Shown one piece after another: positions 29,147 to 39,364 of a DNA stretch of 64,000 nucleotides. The notes beneath the pieces were generated by a model. That model saw nothing but the letters and a program-made list of their open reading frames with translations, did no database searches and was not told the DNA's origin. This DNA is from an uncultured Pseudomonadota bacterium. GTDB lineage: Bacteria > Desulfobacterota > Binatia > Binatales > Binataceae. The number at the start of each line of letters is the position of its first letter. Position 1 is the first letter of the stretch. The stretch is taken from assembly GCA_963759165.1 (NCBI GenBank), contig CAVWXK010000001.1, positions 2,849,579 through 2,913,578 on the forward strand, read 5' to 3'. Both the position numbers and the translations under genes were made by a program.

Positions 29147-30667
29147 TCAGCCTGGTGTGGGGCTGAGCGAAAGCCGAATTCGTTGACGCCAGAGCGTCTT
29201 TTCGTCCTCGCGGAGTATGAACAGCCAGCTCGCGGCCGCAAAACACAGCCCCAGAACGGCAATTTCCGTCCCGAGCGCGATCCATCCCGACGGAGGATAC
29301 GCGCGCGCGACCGCCTCCGTCGCGATCGCATACGGAAGCGCCGTTGAAAGCGGAACCGCCGCCGCCATCGCCAGTTCGCGACGGCTGGTTCCGAACAGCC
29401 GACGCAGGAGCAGCGGCAGATACCACATGCTCACCGCCAGGAACGCGATCAGCGTGCCGAGCAGCGGACCGATCATCCCGAACCATCTGGTAAGCAGTAT
29501 ACTGCAGATGAAATTGATAACCGTTTGGACGACCATCGCGCTCGTCATCTCGCCGATCTGGCCGGTACCGCTGACGCACCATCCCCAAAGCGAGAAAACG
29601 GCAAGCATAATCGCGTTGACCGAGGCGATTATGGTGAGGGACTCTCCTCCATAACGGGCTGGACCGACCCATAGCGTCATGAAACGACGATTGTGGACGG
29701 AAAGCGGGACCAGACACGCGACTCCCAGGAGCGTTACCAGTGCGGTAAGTTCAAGCAGCCGCTGATTAAAGGTTGTCAGTTCGTCGCGCGAGTACAGCTC
29801 CGCCAGCGCCGCCCAACTGGCGTTGCCGATTCCCTGCAGTTCGCGTTGTGCGAGCGTCGCCAGCCGCTGGGTCAAAAAGAACGGCACCACCATCGCGGGA
29901 CCCAGGAATCCCGCGACGATAATGTTGTCGGTAAGCAGACTGACGCGGCCGCAGACATTGAAAACGAGCGTCGGCCAGTTCAGATTCCAAAGGCCGCGCC
30001 ACGCCGCGGCGGCGGGTGCCCGCGCGATCGAGATCGCGAAAATGTCGGGACAATCGCGAACGGTTTGCGCCATCACGGCGAACCTGAATGCCACTCCCGC
30101 GATCACGACGGCGAGGCATTGCCCCGTGATACCCCATCCCACCCGTGCCAGCATCAACGCCAGGCCGGTGATCAGCAGCGATTGAAGCACGAGCAGAGCG
30201 TTTATGCGGTATCCTCTTTGGCGAGCCTCGGCCAGCGCCCGAAATGGCGACAGCGGCACGAACGCGATACCGAGCAGGAGAACGATGCAGCCGCGACGCA
30301 AATCGGGCGCGTTGGCCGCACTCACCGGCACCAGCCGGGTGATAGCCGAGGCGAGGCAAACTCCGCCGATAAGCATAATCGCCCCGGCGCTCAGATAGGC
30401 TCTCAGAGCGGCAGCAAGAGTCTGCCGGATAGCCTGGATGTCGTTTCGGCCGATCGGTTTGGCCAGCAGAGCCAGCAAAGCACCGCTCAATCCCAACTCG
30501 AACAGCGAGAGATATCCGCACCAGTCGAGCGCTACGCGAAAGGCACCGAATTTTTCCTCGCCGAGCCAACGCAACAGGAACGGCGTCGCGAGCAGTCCGG
30601 TGATGACCGTGACGGCGGCAAACGCCTCTCCGGTAAGAAAGGTCAGTATCGAGCGCCTGGTACGCAA
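29147..30667 (-). CDS. Wzx-type polysaccharide flippase (MOP/PST family)
   Basis: 506-aa polytopic membrane protein with about 12-14 predicted TM segments and a typical PST N-terminus (FRVALDWCGYLSLFELGLSGAL). Confidence 0.8.
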   Translation of the reverse strand: MRTRRSILTFLTGEAFAAVTVITGLLATPFLLRWLGEEKFGAFRVALDWCGYLSLFELGLSGALLALLAKPIGRNDIQAIRQTLAAALRAYLSAGAIMLIGGVCLASAITRLVPVSAANAPDLRRGCIVLLLGIAFVPLSPFRALAEARQRGYRINALLVLQSLLITGLALMLARVGWGITGQCLAVVIAGVAFRFAVMAQTVRDCPDIFAISIARAPAAAAWRGLWNLNWPTLVFNVCGRVSLLTDNIIVAGFLGPAMVVPFFLTQRLATLAQRELQGIGNASWAALAELYSRDELTTFNQRLLELTALVTLLGVACLVPLSVHNRRFMTLWVGPARYGGESLTIIASVNAIMLAVFSLWGWCVSGTGQIGEMTSAMVVQTVINFICSILLTRWFGMIGPLLGTLIAFLAVSMWYLPLLLRRLFGTSRRELAMAAAVPLSTALPYAIATEAVARAYPPSGWIALGTEIAVLGLCFAAASWLFILREDEKTLWRQRIRLSLSPTPG

Positions 30668-30675
30668 TCGCGAAA

Positions 30676-31890
30676 CTACGATAGGTAATCTGTCGGCGAA
30701 GCCGCGGGCCCGGCCGCTGTCGGACGCTCACGAACCAAACATCTGTAGATTTCCAGGGTTCGCTCGGCGGTCGTCTTCCAGGTGAAGCGCTGCGCCAGCC
30801 CGCGAATAATGTTGCCGAGAGTCTGTCGATCTCCGGCCGCCAGCGTGTCCAATATCGCGCGTTTCGCCGCCTGATGGTCTCTGGGATCGACCAGTCGGGC
30901 CGCCACCCCGGTAATCTCACGCGCCGCGCCCCAGGCGCTCGCGACCACCGGGACGCCGCGCGCCATCGCTTCCAGGACTGGAAGACAAAATGTCTCGCGC
31001 CACGAGAGCGTCACAAACAACTCGGCGTCGTCGTAGAGATCGGTCAGCTCTTCGCCGAGATTTACGAGAAAGACAACCTCGCGGCCGGGCCGCAACCCAA
31101 GACGGATCGCGTGCGCGGGTATCGCGTCGGGCAATCCCTTGCTCCCCACGGCAACCAGCGAAAGTTCCGGCATCGCCGCGCGCACCATCGCGAACGTCTC
31201 CAGCAGGCCGTCGACGTTTTTGTGCGCTTCGTAGCCGCCGACAAAGAGCAGGTACGGCCTGCGAATGCCGAGACGATTCAAGGTGGCGGCTCGGACCGCC
31301 GCGTCGGCGGGGGGCCTCCGAAACTGCTCGTGAACCGCCAATGGAATCGCGGTCACCCGATTGGGCGGCAGACCGAGGAACCGGATGATCTCGTCGCGGC
31401 TGAAGCGCGACGGACATACGATGTGGTTCGCGCGAGCAACCTGAGCCCTCCAATAGCCGAACGCGGGACTCCTGTAATCGGACCTTGGATCGTAACCGAG
31501 GTAATCGCGCACGCGGCCGGGCAAATGTCTTGTCTCGACAAGATGACCGTAGCTGAGCGCGGTCAGGCTGTGAATCGTGAGAACCACCGGACAGCGCGCG
31601 GCCAGCGGCACTCCGTGTTCGGCTGGAGCGTGGAACAGATCGAACCTGCCGCGTCCAAGCGCGAGGGGCACGGCGACTTGCTCCCAATGCAGGCCGCCGC
31701 GATCATTCAAGCCGATCACCTCGCAACCGAGATCCCCGATGTGTTTGCTTTCGAGTGGCTGCCTGGCGCGATGAAACAGAGTTACCGCGATTCCCTGTCG
31801 GACCAGTTCCTTGACCAGTCCAACCGTATAGCGATCCCATCCGCGCAATACGGGCGAGGCGAGCGAACGAGCGTCAACCGCTACACGCAT
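30676..31890 (-). CDS. glycosyltransferase family 4
   Basis: MRVAVDARSL… start. GT4 C-domain (LLFVGGYEAHKNVDGLLETFA… EAMARGVPVVAS). Confidence 0.85.
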   Translation of the reverse strand: MRVAVDARSLASPVLRGWDRYTVGLVKELVRQGIAVTLFHRARQPLESKHIGDLGCEVIGLNDRGGLHWEQVAVPLALGRGRFDLFHAPAEHGVPLAARCPVVLTIHSLTALSYGHLVETRHLPGRVRDYLGYDPRSDYRSPAFGYWRAQVARANHIVCPSRFSRDEIIRFLGLPPNRVTAIPLAVHEQFRRPPADAAVRAATLNRLGIRRPYLLFVGGYEAHKNVDGLLETFAMVRAAMPELSLVAVGSKGLPDAIPAHAIRLGLRPGREVVFLVNLGEELTDLYDDAELFVTLSWRETFCLPVLEAMARGVPVVASAWGAAREITGVAARLVDPRDHQAAKRAILDTLAAGDRQTLGNIIRGLAQRFTWKTTAERTLEIYRCLVRERPTAAGPAASPTDYLS

Positions 31891-33106
31891 AGCGTTCGAT
31901 GGCACTCCCTTCCGGCGGCAATGGCGCCGGGACCACCCCAACCCCGGCGCCGGTTTCTTTAGAGGTAATCCGACTGGATAATAAGTGACCCACTCCGATG
32001 AGTGGGCGCTCGATCAGGTAGTAACTCGCGGCCGCAACCACGAACACGCACACAATATTGATCGGAAATGCCTGGAGCATTCCCATCGGCAGCGGACGCG
32101 GTTCCTGGCTACGGACGAGAAACAACTGCTGCCATACGTAGAGGCTGTAGGAGATCCGGCCGATCCAGCACATCGGCCGCGACTCCAGGAACCTGCCCAC
32201 AAGGCCGGTTGATCTCAAGACCGTTCCGGCCAGAACTAACGGCACCAGCATCGCCTCCCAGAGCATCGCCAGCGGCGGATGGTACGCAACGCAGCAGACC
32301 AGCGCGCCGAGCAGCATCGCCCATGTCGCCAACGTCATGCGGCTGGTCAGGAACGCTCGCCCGCCAGGCGAATCGAGCATCAACGCGATCCAGCATCCCC
32401 AGAGCAGCGCGTCCAAACGAGCGTCGGTGCGGATGTAGCAGTCGGCTCCGACCAGATGAGAGAGCCATTGTTCGCGGAAATCGAGCACCCGCCATGCCGA
32501 CACCGACAGCGCCAATATCACCGCGGCCCATCGCGCGCGGCGCGAACCGAAGAGCACCAGAAGACCCGGCCAGATGAGGTAGAAATGTTCCTCGACCGCC
32601 AAAGACCAGAAGTGGCCGAGATACCAACCGCCTTCGCGTGCGGCGATATAATTTCTGAAGAACAGCAGACTGCTCAGCCATTCCCATCGATGCACCGTCA
32701 GCACGCCCCCATAGCCCAGCAGGCCGACGATTATGAGGTAGGTTAGATAGGGCGGCAGTATCCGAAAGACGCGGCGAATATAGAAACCCGCAAGGCTGAT
32801 TTCGCCATCGCGCCGCCGCTCCTGGAGAAGCCGCGCGCAAATGAGAAAGCCACTGAGACCGAAAAAGATATCTACGCCGAACGCGCCATATCGGGTGAGG
32901 CCGTACGTAGTACGATTCGGATACGGACCGCCGTTATTAAAGAGAGCATCGGAGCCATGACAGATCAGGACGCCGAGAATAGCGATCGCGCGCCAGCCGT
33001 CGAGGGTTGGGAGGTAGCCGGAGGCCGTTGGATTACAACTCGCAGGAACCGGAACAATCCCGGCGGGCGATTCACAACCGAGCGAACGTGCCTGTGACAG
33101 TTTCAC
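31874..33106 (-). CDS. acyltransferase family 3 (OafA-like O-acyltransferase) membrane protein
   Basis: YLPTLDGWRAIAILGVLICH… start region. Multiple TM helices typical of Acyl_transf_3. Proposed GTG start overlaps the upstream GT4 stop as GTGA. Confidence 0.75.
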   Translation of the reverse strand: MKLSQARSLGCESPAGIVPVPASCNPTASGYLPTLDGWRAIAILGVLICHGSDALFNNGGPYPNRTTYGLTRYGAFGVDIFFGLSGFLICARLLQERRRDGEISLAGFYIRRVFRILPPYLTYLIIVGLLGYGGVLTVHRWEWLSSLLFFRNYIAAREGGWYLGHFWSLAVEEHFYLIWPGLLVLFGSRRARWAAVILALSVSAWRVLDFREQWLSHLVGADCYIRTDARLDALLWGCWIALMLDSPGGRAFLTSRMTLATWAMLLGALVCCVAYHPPLAMLWEAMLVPLVLAGTVLRSTGLVGRFLESRPMCWIGRISYSLYVWQQLFLVRSQEPRPLPMGMLQAFPINIVCVFVVAAASYYLIERPLIGVGHLLSSRITSKETGAGVGVVPAPLPPEGSAIERYACSG

Positions 33107-34323
33107 GAAGTTGCTTCGGTGCAAACCACCGAGCCGGGCGAGTCCGGATGCCGTGCGAGAAGAGCGGCGTAGCAGCGTTCGACCGCGTCGAGGGCGGTTT
33201 GCGGATTGCAGTATCGTTCGACCAGTTGCCGTGCCGCGCTGCGTTGTCGTTCCTGCCTGGCGCGATCGCCGAGCAGACAAACGGCACGCTCGATGAGACC
33301 GCTGTCATCTTCGGAAAGTCCCACGTGGACACCGTCGTGCGCGGGGATTCCCTCGACGCCGTCGGAGGTCGTCACTACCGGAACGCCATAGGCGAAGGCT
33401 TCGAGTACTTTGACCTTCATGCCGCTCCCGCGCTCGGGGGCATAGAGCAAGACGCCGGTGCGCTCGAAGTAGGACCGCGTATCGGAAACGTTTTCCAGCA
33501 CCTCAAGGTCGGATCCGCCCAGATAATCCTTGAGCGCCGCGCGCGCCTCCCATCCGACGATTTGAAGCTTCGCGTCAGGGACGCGTTGCTTGATCGCGGG
33601 CCAGAGTCGCGTTAACAGGCGCACCGCGGCCGAGCGGGAGGGATACCAGCCCATCGAGCCGATCATGCCGATGACAGGCTCCGAGGGCCTGCGCTCCGGC
33701 GGAACAAACGGATACAGCGCCAGGTCAAGCCCTATCGGAACGACGTGAATTGACGCGTTCGGCGCGATGGCTCGCACCGCATCTTTGAGCCGCGGCGTCA
33801 GGGTCACAAGCATAGGATAGCTTCGCAGCAGAAGACGTTCGGTTCTTCGCTGAAGCGTTCGGCGAAGCCTGTCGCGCAATCCTCGCGCCGATTGCGCCGA
33901 CTGGTCGATGTCATAGAGGTTGTGGCAGTTGAGCAAAACGTTGCGCGCTTTCTTGCCGTCGCCCAACCATCCGGCCCAGGTTTCTTCCAGATGCAGCACA
34001 TCAAAACCGCGCGCGAGTTCGGCTCCAAGCTCGCGCCGCATGAATCGACTGAACATATATGAGTAGGGTCGGCGCAGCGTTTCCCATTTCGCGCGCAGGC
34101 CACCGCGCTTCGGATGCGGGTAGCATCGCAGGTCGTAACGAGGCCAAGGGAACAGCGCCTTGGCCGCCTCGATAGCCTGCAGCCTGCTCGACGCGGCGAA
34201 AGCGGTGACGCGATGGCCGCGTTCGGCCAGTCCCTTGAGCAGAACGTACGACCAGCGCGTCGCGGCATGGCCGAAGGGCAGCGGAGGCTCGGTCGTTACC
34301 AGAATCACGCGCAAAGGTTTCAT
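33103..34323 (-). CDS. glycosyltransferase family 4
   Basis: MKPLRVILVTTEPPLPFGHAATRWSYVLLKGLAERGHRVTAFA… and C-terminal domain (VIGMIGSMGWYPSRS… EAFAYGVPVVTT). Confidence 0.85.
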   Translation of the reverse strand: MKPLRVILVTTEPPLPFGHAATRWSYVLLKGLAERGHRVTAFAASSRLQAIEAAKALFPWPRYDLRCYPHPKRGGLRAKWETLRRPYSYMFSRFMRRELGAELARGFDVLHLEETWAGWLGDGKKARNVLLNCHNLYDIDQSAQSARGLRDRLRRTLQRRTERLLLRSYPMLVTLTPRLKDAVRAIAPNASIHVVPIGLDLALYPFVPPERRPSEPVIGMIGSMGWYPSRSAAVRLLTRLWPAIKQRVPDAKLQIVGWEARAALKDYLGGSDLEVLENVSDTRSYFERTGVLLYAPERGSGMKVKVLEAFAYGVPVVTTSDGVEGIPAHDGVHVGLSEDDSGLIERAVCLLGDRARQERQRSAARQLVERYCNPQTALDAVERCYAALLARHPDSPGSVVCTEATS

Positions 34324-34327
34324 CACA

Positions 34328-35467
34328 TCATGCCGCCGTTTCGATGATCGCGACGATTTGCTCCGCCATCCGATTCCACGTGTGCGCGCGAAGCGTCCGC
34401 GACAATGGCGCCACCGCGTCGCGATAGCCATCGATCGATTCGCGCCAGGCGCGAAGGCGTGCGGCCAGCTCGGCAGGCCGGCAGGCATCCGGTATCAACA
34501 GGTCGTGCAGTTCGACGGGATAATGCTCGGCGACGCCCGCACTCCGGGTCACGAACGCCGGCAATCCTCGACAAAGCGCTTCCTGGGCAGCGCGTCCGTA
34601 AGCCTCATAATGCGCGGGGGCTACAAGAGCGTCACACGCCGCCAACACATCGGGCACATCGTCGCGAAAGCCGATGAACCGGATTCGCGAATCGAGGCCG
34701 GCTTCGGCGCCGCGCATTTTCCAGTAAGGAAGTTCACTTCCGGCGCCGATCACCGCCAAATCGGCATCCCATCGGAGATCCGCACATAGTATTTGCCATG
34801 CGGTAAAAAGCGTGGCGAAACCTTTGCGGCGATCACCAGGCGCGCCGACGAACGCGACGCACGGCCTGTTCCGGGGCCACGCCAGCGCCGCGCGAGCGGC
34901 GGCGCGATCTTCGGCGGTCACGGGACGGAACGTGTCGGCATCGACGCCGTAATAGACGAGATGAACGCGGATGCCGGGCAATCCGAGCCTGTCAATCGCG
35001 TCCTGCCGGGTGCGATTGGAGTTAGCGATCGCGATCCGCGCCCGTCGCAGCGCGGCCCGTTCTGCGGCCATGAAAAGGCGATGACTGAGCCATCCTTTCA
35101 AGCGGCCCGATACACGCTGTTCCGTTTGCGGCCGGTAAGCGGCATGAACGTAATGCAGCCAGTTGGCGTCGCCCCATCGGCAATTGCCGCCGTTCACCAC
35201 GACTCGCCCGCCGGCGCCGGCGATCCTTCGCGCCCATCAACGTCCTGCCCGATCAAGCAGCGGCTCGGCCAGGATGTAGGAGTCGGCGGGCTTTGGGACG
35301 CGGTGAAAGGTCACGTTGCTTCGAACGGCGAGGTCTTGCGCGACTCGCGTAGCAACCAGATGCACCCGATTGCCGGTATCGGCCAGATAGCTCGCAAGAG
35401 CATGGTTGGCGGCGTCCATACCGCCGGTCTTGACGAAATCTCCCGCTACCAGCAGGTAGGGCTTCAC
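34328..35467 (-). CDS. glycosyltransferase family 4 interrupted by an in-frame TGA at 35237..35239
   Basis: ORF 35237..35467 (MKPYLLVAGDFVKTGGMDAANHALASYLADTGNRVHLVATR…LLDRAGR*) and ORF 34328..35200 (…VVNGGNCRWGDANWLHYVHAAY…) are in the same frame. They are separated only by a TGA and the 12 codons WARRIAGAGGRV. Confidence 0.7.
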
Positions 35468-36852
35468 GATCGGAGCAGCCGCAACCGGTTGGGATAACGG
35501 ACGGTTTGAGATGCGGCGGTCCAGAGAAGCGTGTTGAGCAACCAGAACTCCAGTCCGCCCTGTCCGATGAACACCGGGTAAGCGAAGGTGTTGGCAAAAA
35601 CTCCGGTGTCATAGCCGCACAGCATCGCGGCCCATAGCCATAAGTCGCCGGAGTCGCGGCTCAAAGCGATTTTCAAAGTAGCCCGGACGGTCACCGCGAG
35701 AGCGGCGACATATGCCACGATCAACGGCAGACCGCCGTCCAGAAGCCATCCGGTCCACTGAATCTCGACCCAGATAGCGGGACTGTCCGGATTTGCGCGA
35801 TCACCGAAATAGTGATTTGTCATCCCCCAGCGTCCAAGGCCCGCGCCAAGTGGGTACCGCGGTAAAAGGTCCTGAATGGTTTCGGTCAGAAAGCGACCGC
35901 GCTTTTTCAGGTAGACATCGCCGGGGCTTTGTCTGAAAGCTTCCACTCGTGACAACGCATCGTTTCCGCCGACCGAGGCGGCCCAATAGAAGCTGCCCAG
36001 GACCACTGTCGCGATCAGCACCGCCATCATGATCGATTTCACTTTCTGGCCGCGCCACATCAGCATCGCCGCGAATGCCAGTTCCGATATTACGAGTACC
36101 GCCAGGATCGAGCGGACCTGACACAGATATACGCAGACCATCCCGACGCTCATGCTCGCCGCGCACGCCAGCCGCATCCAGACCCGACGCTCGCCCAGGA
36201 ACAGTCCCGTCCCGAGCAGCACGGCGTAAAGACCGGCGACCGCCGCGCCGCCCGGAACGTCGGTCAAGCCCATCGGACGGAAGATCCAGCGGCCGTCAGC
36301 CGCCGCGAAATGAAGATCTCTCACATAGGCATCGCCTACGGCGGCCACCACCGACGAGAGGTTGGGCTCGAGGCGTCCGGGAAAATAGAACTGCAACACC
36401 CCGACCAAGGCGCTAACGCTTTCGAACGTCCAGATGATCAGAATCGCGCGCCGCAACGTCACGCTATCGATTGAAGAGCGCGGCACCCAGAACAGCGGCG
36501 CAACGATAGCCAGATACAGAGCGACCTGCGCGAATCCCGACACCCATCCGTTGGTCCCCGGATGAAAGATTCCCAGCCCGACGATTAACAGCGCCAGGAC
36601 GGCCCATCTGCCGGCGGGATGAGATCGGCCGCGGGGTGGCACGATCGCCAACAGCATCAGGCTGGCCGCGAACGCGGCGATGCGCACGACGACGCGCACC
36701 CCGTTGAGCGCGGTAAACGCCAAAGCAAGTTGACAGGCGATCTCGAACAGCAGGAACGCCTCGATTACGAAGCCCGCCCGCGTCCTCGGCAACTTCGGGC
36801 GCGCGATCAGGGCCGCGTGCCGGTACGAGACTTGCCCCACTGCGGCCATCAC
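35464..36852 (-). CDS. O-antigen polymerase / ligase-like (Wzy family) polytopic membrane protein
   Basis: 462-aa ORF with about 10 or more hydrophobic helices and a central periplasmic loop, typical of Wzy/WaaL-family proteins. Confidence 0.65.
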   Translation of the reverse strand: MMAAVGQVSYRHAALIARPKLPRTRAGFVIEAFLLFEIACQLALAFTALNGVRVVVRIAAFAASLMLLAIVPPRGRSHPAGRWAVLALLIVGLGIFHPGTNGWVSGFAQVALYLAIVAPLFWVPRSSIDSVTLRRAILIIWTFESVSALVGVLQFYFPGRLEPNLSSVVAAVGDAYVRDLHFAAADGRWIFRPMGLTDVPGGAAVAGLYAVLLGTGLFLGERRVWMRLACAASMSVGMVCVYLCQVRSILAVLVISELAFAAMLMWRGQKVKSIMMAVLIATVVLGSFYWAASVGGNDALSRVEAFRQSPGDVYLKKRGRFLTETIQDLLPRYPLGAGLGRWGMTNHYFGDRANPDSPAIWVEIQWTGWLLDGGLPLIVAYVAALAVTVRATLKIALSRDSGDLWLWAAMLCGYDTGVFANTFAYPVFIGQGGLEFWLLNTLLWTAASQTVRYPNRLRLLRS

Positions 36853-36924
36853 ACCGGCACCTTAGCCGCTGTCATCGGCGTTGTGGCGGCAATCGATGGA
36901 TTGTGGTCCGCCGTCATCGCCAGG

Positions 36925-38121
36925 TCACCGGCGTGCGTCGTGAACAACTCGATTGAACAACTCATCGAGGCGGCCCATCTGCGTCGCGGAGTCACAAAGC
37001 TTGCGTGCGCGCATCGGCCCGGCCGCTCCGAGGCTGGTGCGGAGCCCGCGATCAGCGATTAGCCGTCGCAGCGACGTTGCGAGCGCACGTGCATCGCCGG
37101 GCGGCACCAGAATCCCGCAGGATTCGTCGACTATTTCCTTCGCGCCGCCGAACGCGGCGGTGACTACCGGCAGTCCGGCCATCAGCGCCTCGACGAAAGT
37201 GATGCCGAACGGCTCGGGACGGAGGTTCGGCTGGCAATGGATATCGGCAGCGGCCAGAAGTCGCGGGACGTCGGATCGTTCGCCCAGAAAGCGGACCCGC
37301 GATGCGATACCCAATCGGGCGGCCTGCTGTTTGAGATCCTCAAGGTAGCGGAGTTCGTGAGGCCGCTGATCGCCACCAATCTGCCACGACACCCAATCGG
37401 GAATCTCGTTGAGGAGGCTTAGCGCCTCCAGGTGCAACGAATGTCCCTTCCACCATTCCATGCGACTGATTTGGACGATAACGACGGCATCCTCAGGCGT
37501 GTCCAACTCCCCGCGGAGCGACGCGCGATCGACCGTCGAGTACTGTGACTTCGCGAGCGCGACCGGATGGTGAATCATTTCGGCGGGCACATTCGGAAAG
37601 ACGTTGATCAGCTTGCCTGCCGTGTACTCGCTGCAGCACAGCGCCAGGTCGGGCGGAGTGAGCGCGGCCCAATGTTCGAGCCAGTGTCGGCCGCTGATCG
37701 CGTCATGCAACCAGAAAACCAGCGGCAGACCGGCCAGACGCACCACCGGCCCGAATATCGCCTGCGACCATGGAGAATGACAGACGACCAAATCGAAGCG
37801 GGTGCGCCGCAAGAGCTCGCCCAAGCGACGGCGGGCCCGCCAGACGGTAAACGGCCGGCGCACCCGAACCTTGCCGATCAGATGAATCGGTGCGGATGCG
37901 GCGGTAAGCTCCGCGCTCAGGCGCCCTTCGAAGCAGAGGGCGAAATGCGATTCCATCGACGGACACAAATCGCGGCTCCGCGCGAGCGTCGCAAGCAGCA
38001 TCTCGACGCCGCCATACAGGTTTCCGCTGTAGCAGTGCAGAGCGCGTGTCAATTCGATGCCGAAGCGAGGGTCTGGTATATCGGGATGAGATCGTGAGCC
38101 AAGCGCGCGCGATCGAAACAA
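36925..38121 (-). CDS. glycosyltransferase family 4
   Basis: …LHCYSGNLYGGVEMLLATL… N-domain and C-domain (FLGERSDVPRLLAAADIHCQPNLRPEPFGITFVEALMAGLPVV). The true start is probably internal, near 38000-38040. Confidence 0.8.
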   Translation of the reverse strand: MFRSRALGSRSHPDIPDPRFGIELTRALHCYSGNLYGGVEMLLATLARSRDLCPSMESHFALCFEGRLSAELTAASAPIHLIGKVRVRRPFTVWRARRRLGELLRRTRFDLVVCHSPWSQAIFGPVVRLAGLPLVFWLHDAISGRHWLEHWAALTPPDLALCCSEYTAGKLINVFPNVPAEMIHHPVALAKSQYSTVDRASLRGELDTPEDAVVIVQISRMEWWKGHSLHLEALSLLNEIPDWVSWQIGGDQRPHELRYLEDLKQQAARLGIASRVRFLGERSDVPRLLAAADIHCQPNLRPEPFGITFVEALMAGLPVVTAAFGGAKEIVDESCGILVPPGDARALATSLRRLIADRGLRTSLGAAGPMRARKLCDSATQMGRLDELFNRVVHDARR

Positions 38122-39284
38122 CGCTCGGCGGCGTTTCTCCCCGCTCTTCCCAGGTCGGCACGCAGTTTCGGATTATTGGCGAGGATGGCGATACGCTCGG
38201 CCAGAGCCGCGGCGTCACCGGGCTCGTAAAGCAGCGCGTCGATATCCGCCGCGATCGGCTCCGTGGCTCCCGCCGCCCGGCTCGCGATCACCGCACGTCC
38301 GCATGCCATGGCCTCGCCAATCACCCGGCCGAAAGGCTCGGGCTGCGTGCTGGCGTGCACCACGATATCCAACGCCCGCATCGCCGCCGCGGGATGGTCG
38401 ACAAAATCGACGAACCCTACTTTGCCGGCGATGCAAAGCCTGGCCGCCAGGCCGCGCAGTCCGACAAGAGAACACTCACTGCCTTCGGTATCGTAAAGCG
38501 CGCCGCCGATTACGTAGCCGCGAATCGGCAGGTTCGGCGGCAGCAGGGACAGCGCCCGCAGGAAAACTTCGTGCCCCTTCCAGCGCGCCATCGTGGCCAG
38601 CAATCCCACCCGCACGACGCCGGAATCCGCCGGCCGCATCCGCGCCGACGTATCGAGGTTCAGCACCGGTCCTGATGGCGAAAACTCCCGCAGATCGATC
38701 GCGTCATGGATCGGATAGACCTTCAACCGGCCGGCGCAAACCGATCTCACATCGTCAGCAACGCGCTGCGAGTTGGTCACCGCCGCGGCGCACCACAGAG
38801 CGTGACGTCTCAGCAACCGCGCCATGACCGGCCGCGAAACGACATGATCGCGAATGTGCCAGAGCACCGGTACTCCGCGCTGTCGTGCCCACAACCCGAG
38901 GACGTGCATTTTGAAGCCGTTGGTATGCAAAAGATCGGGCGCGGCGTCGCGCAAGGCTCGAAACAGCCGAACCGTGTAGGGAACGACCGTCGTCGCGGCC
39001 GACGAGCATCGGCGCAAAAACGCCATACGCCCGACGCCATTACCCGCCGGCCCGCCGGCTCCGGCGTCGCCCAGGCGGGCCAAAGATTCCGGAAACGGCA
39101 CCAAGGTCGAGTCGACCCCAAGCGCAGCCGCCCTGAACGCCAGAGGACCATCGCCGGCCGTGATTAGGTGCAGAAACCAATCCGGTCGGGCCGCGCGCAG
39201 ACTGGCCAGAAGGTCGAGCAGGCTCCTCTCGGCACCGCCCAGTTGTCCGGAGGGACTGAGGTATACGATTCTCACAACACCCAA
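38049..39284 (-). CDS. glycosyltransferase family 4
   Basis: VRIVYLSPSGQLGGAERSLLDL… and EPFGRVIGEAMACGRAVIAS. Confidence 0.8.
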   Translation of the reverse strand: MGVVRIVYLSPSGQLGGAERSLLDLLASLRAARPDWFLHLITAGDGPLAFRAAALGVDSTLVPFPESLARLGDAGAGGPAGNGVGRMAFLRRCSSAATTVVPYTVRLFRALRDAAPDLLHTNGFKMHVLGLWARQRGVPVLWHIRDHVVSRPVMARLLRRHALWCAAAVTNSQRVADDVRSVCAGRLKVYPIHDAIDLREFSPSGPVLNLDTSARMRPADSGVVRVGLLATMARWKGHEVFLRALSLLPPNLPIRGYVIGGALYDTEGSECSLVGLRGLAARLCIAGKVGFVDFVDHPAAAMRALDIVVHASTQPEPFGRVIGEAMACGRAVIASRAAGATEPIAADIDALLYEPGDAAALAERIAILANNPKLRADLGRAGRNAAERCFDRARLAHDLIPIYQTLASASN

Positions 39285-39364
39285 CGTCGATGCCGCGACG
39301 CATGATCGCGCGGCAGTGGATTATTACGTCGAGGCGACCTTACCGAGTCCGCCGGAAGGTAAAG

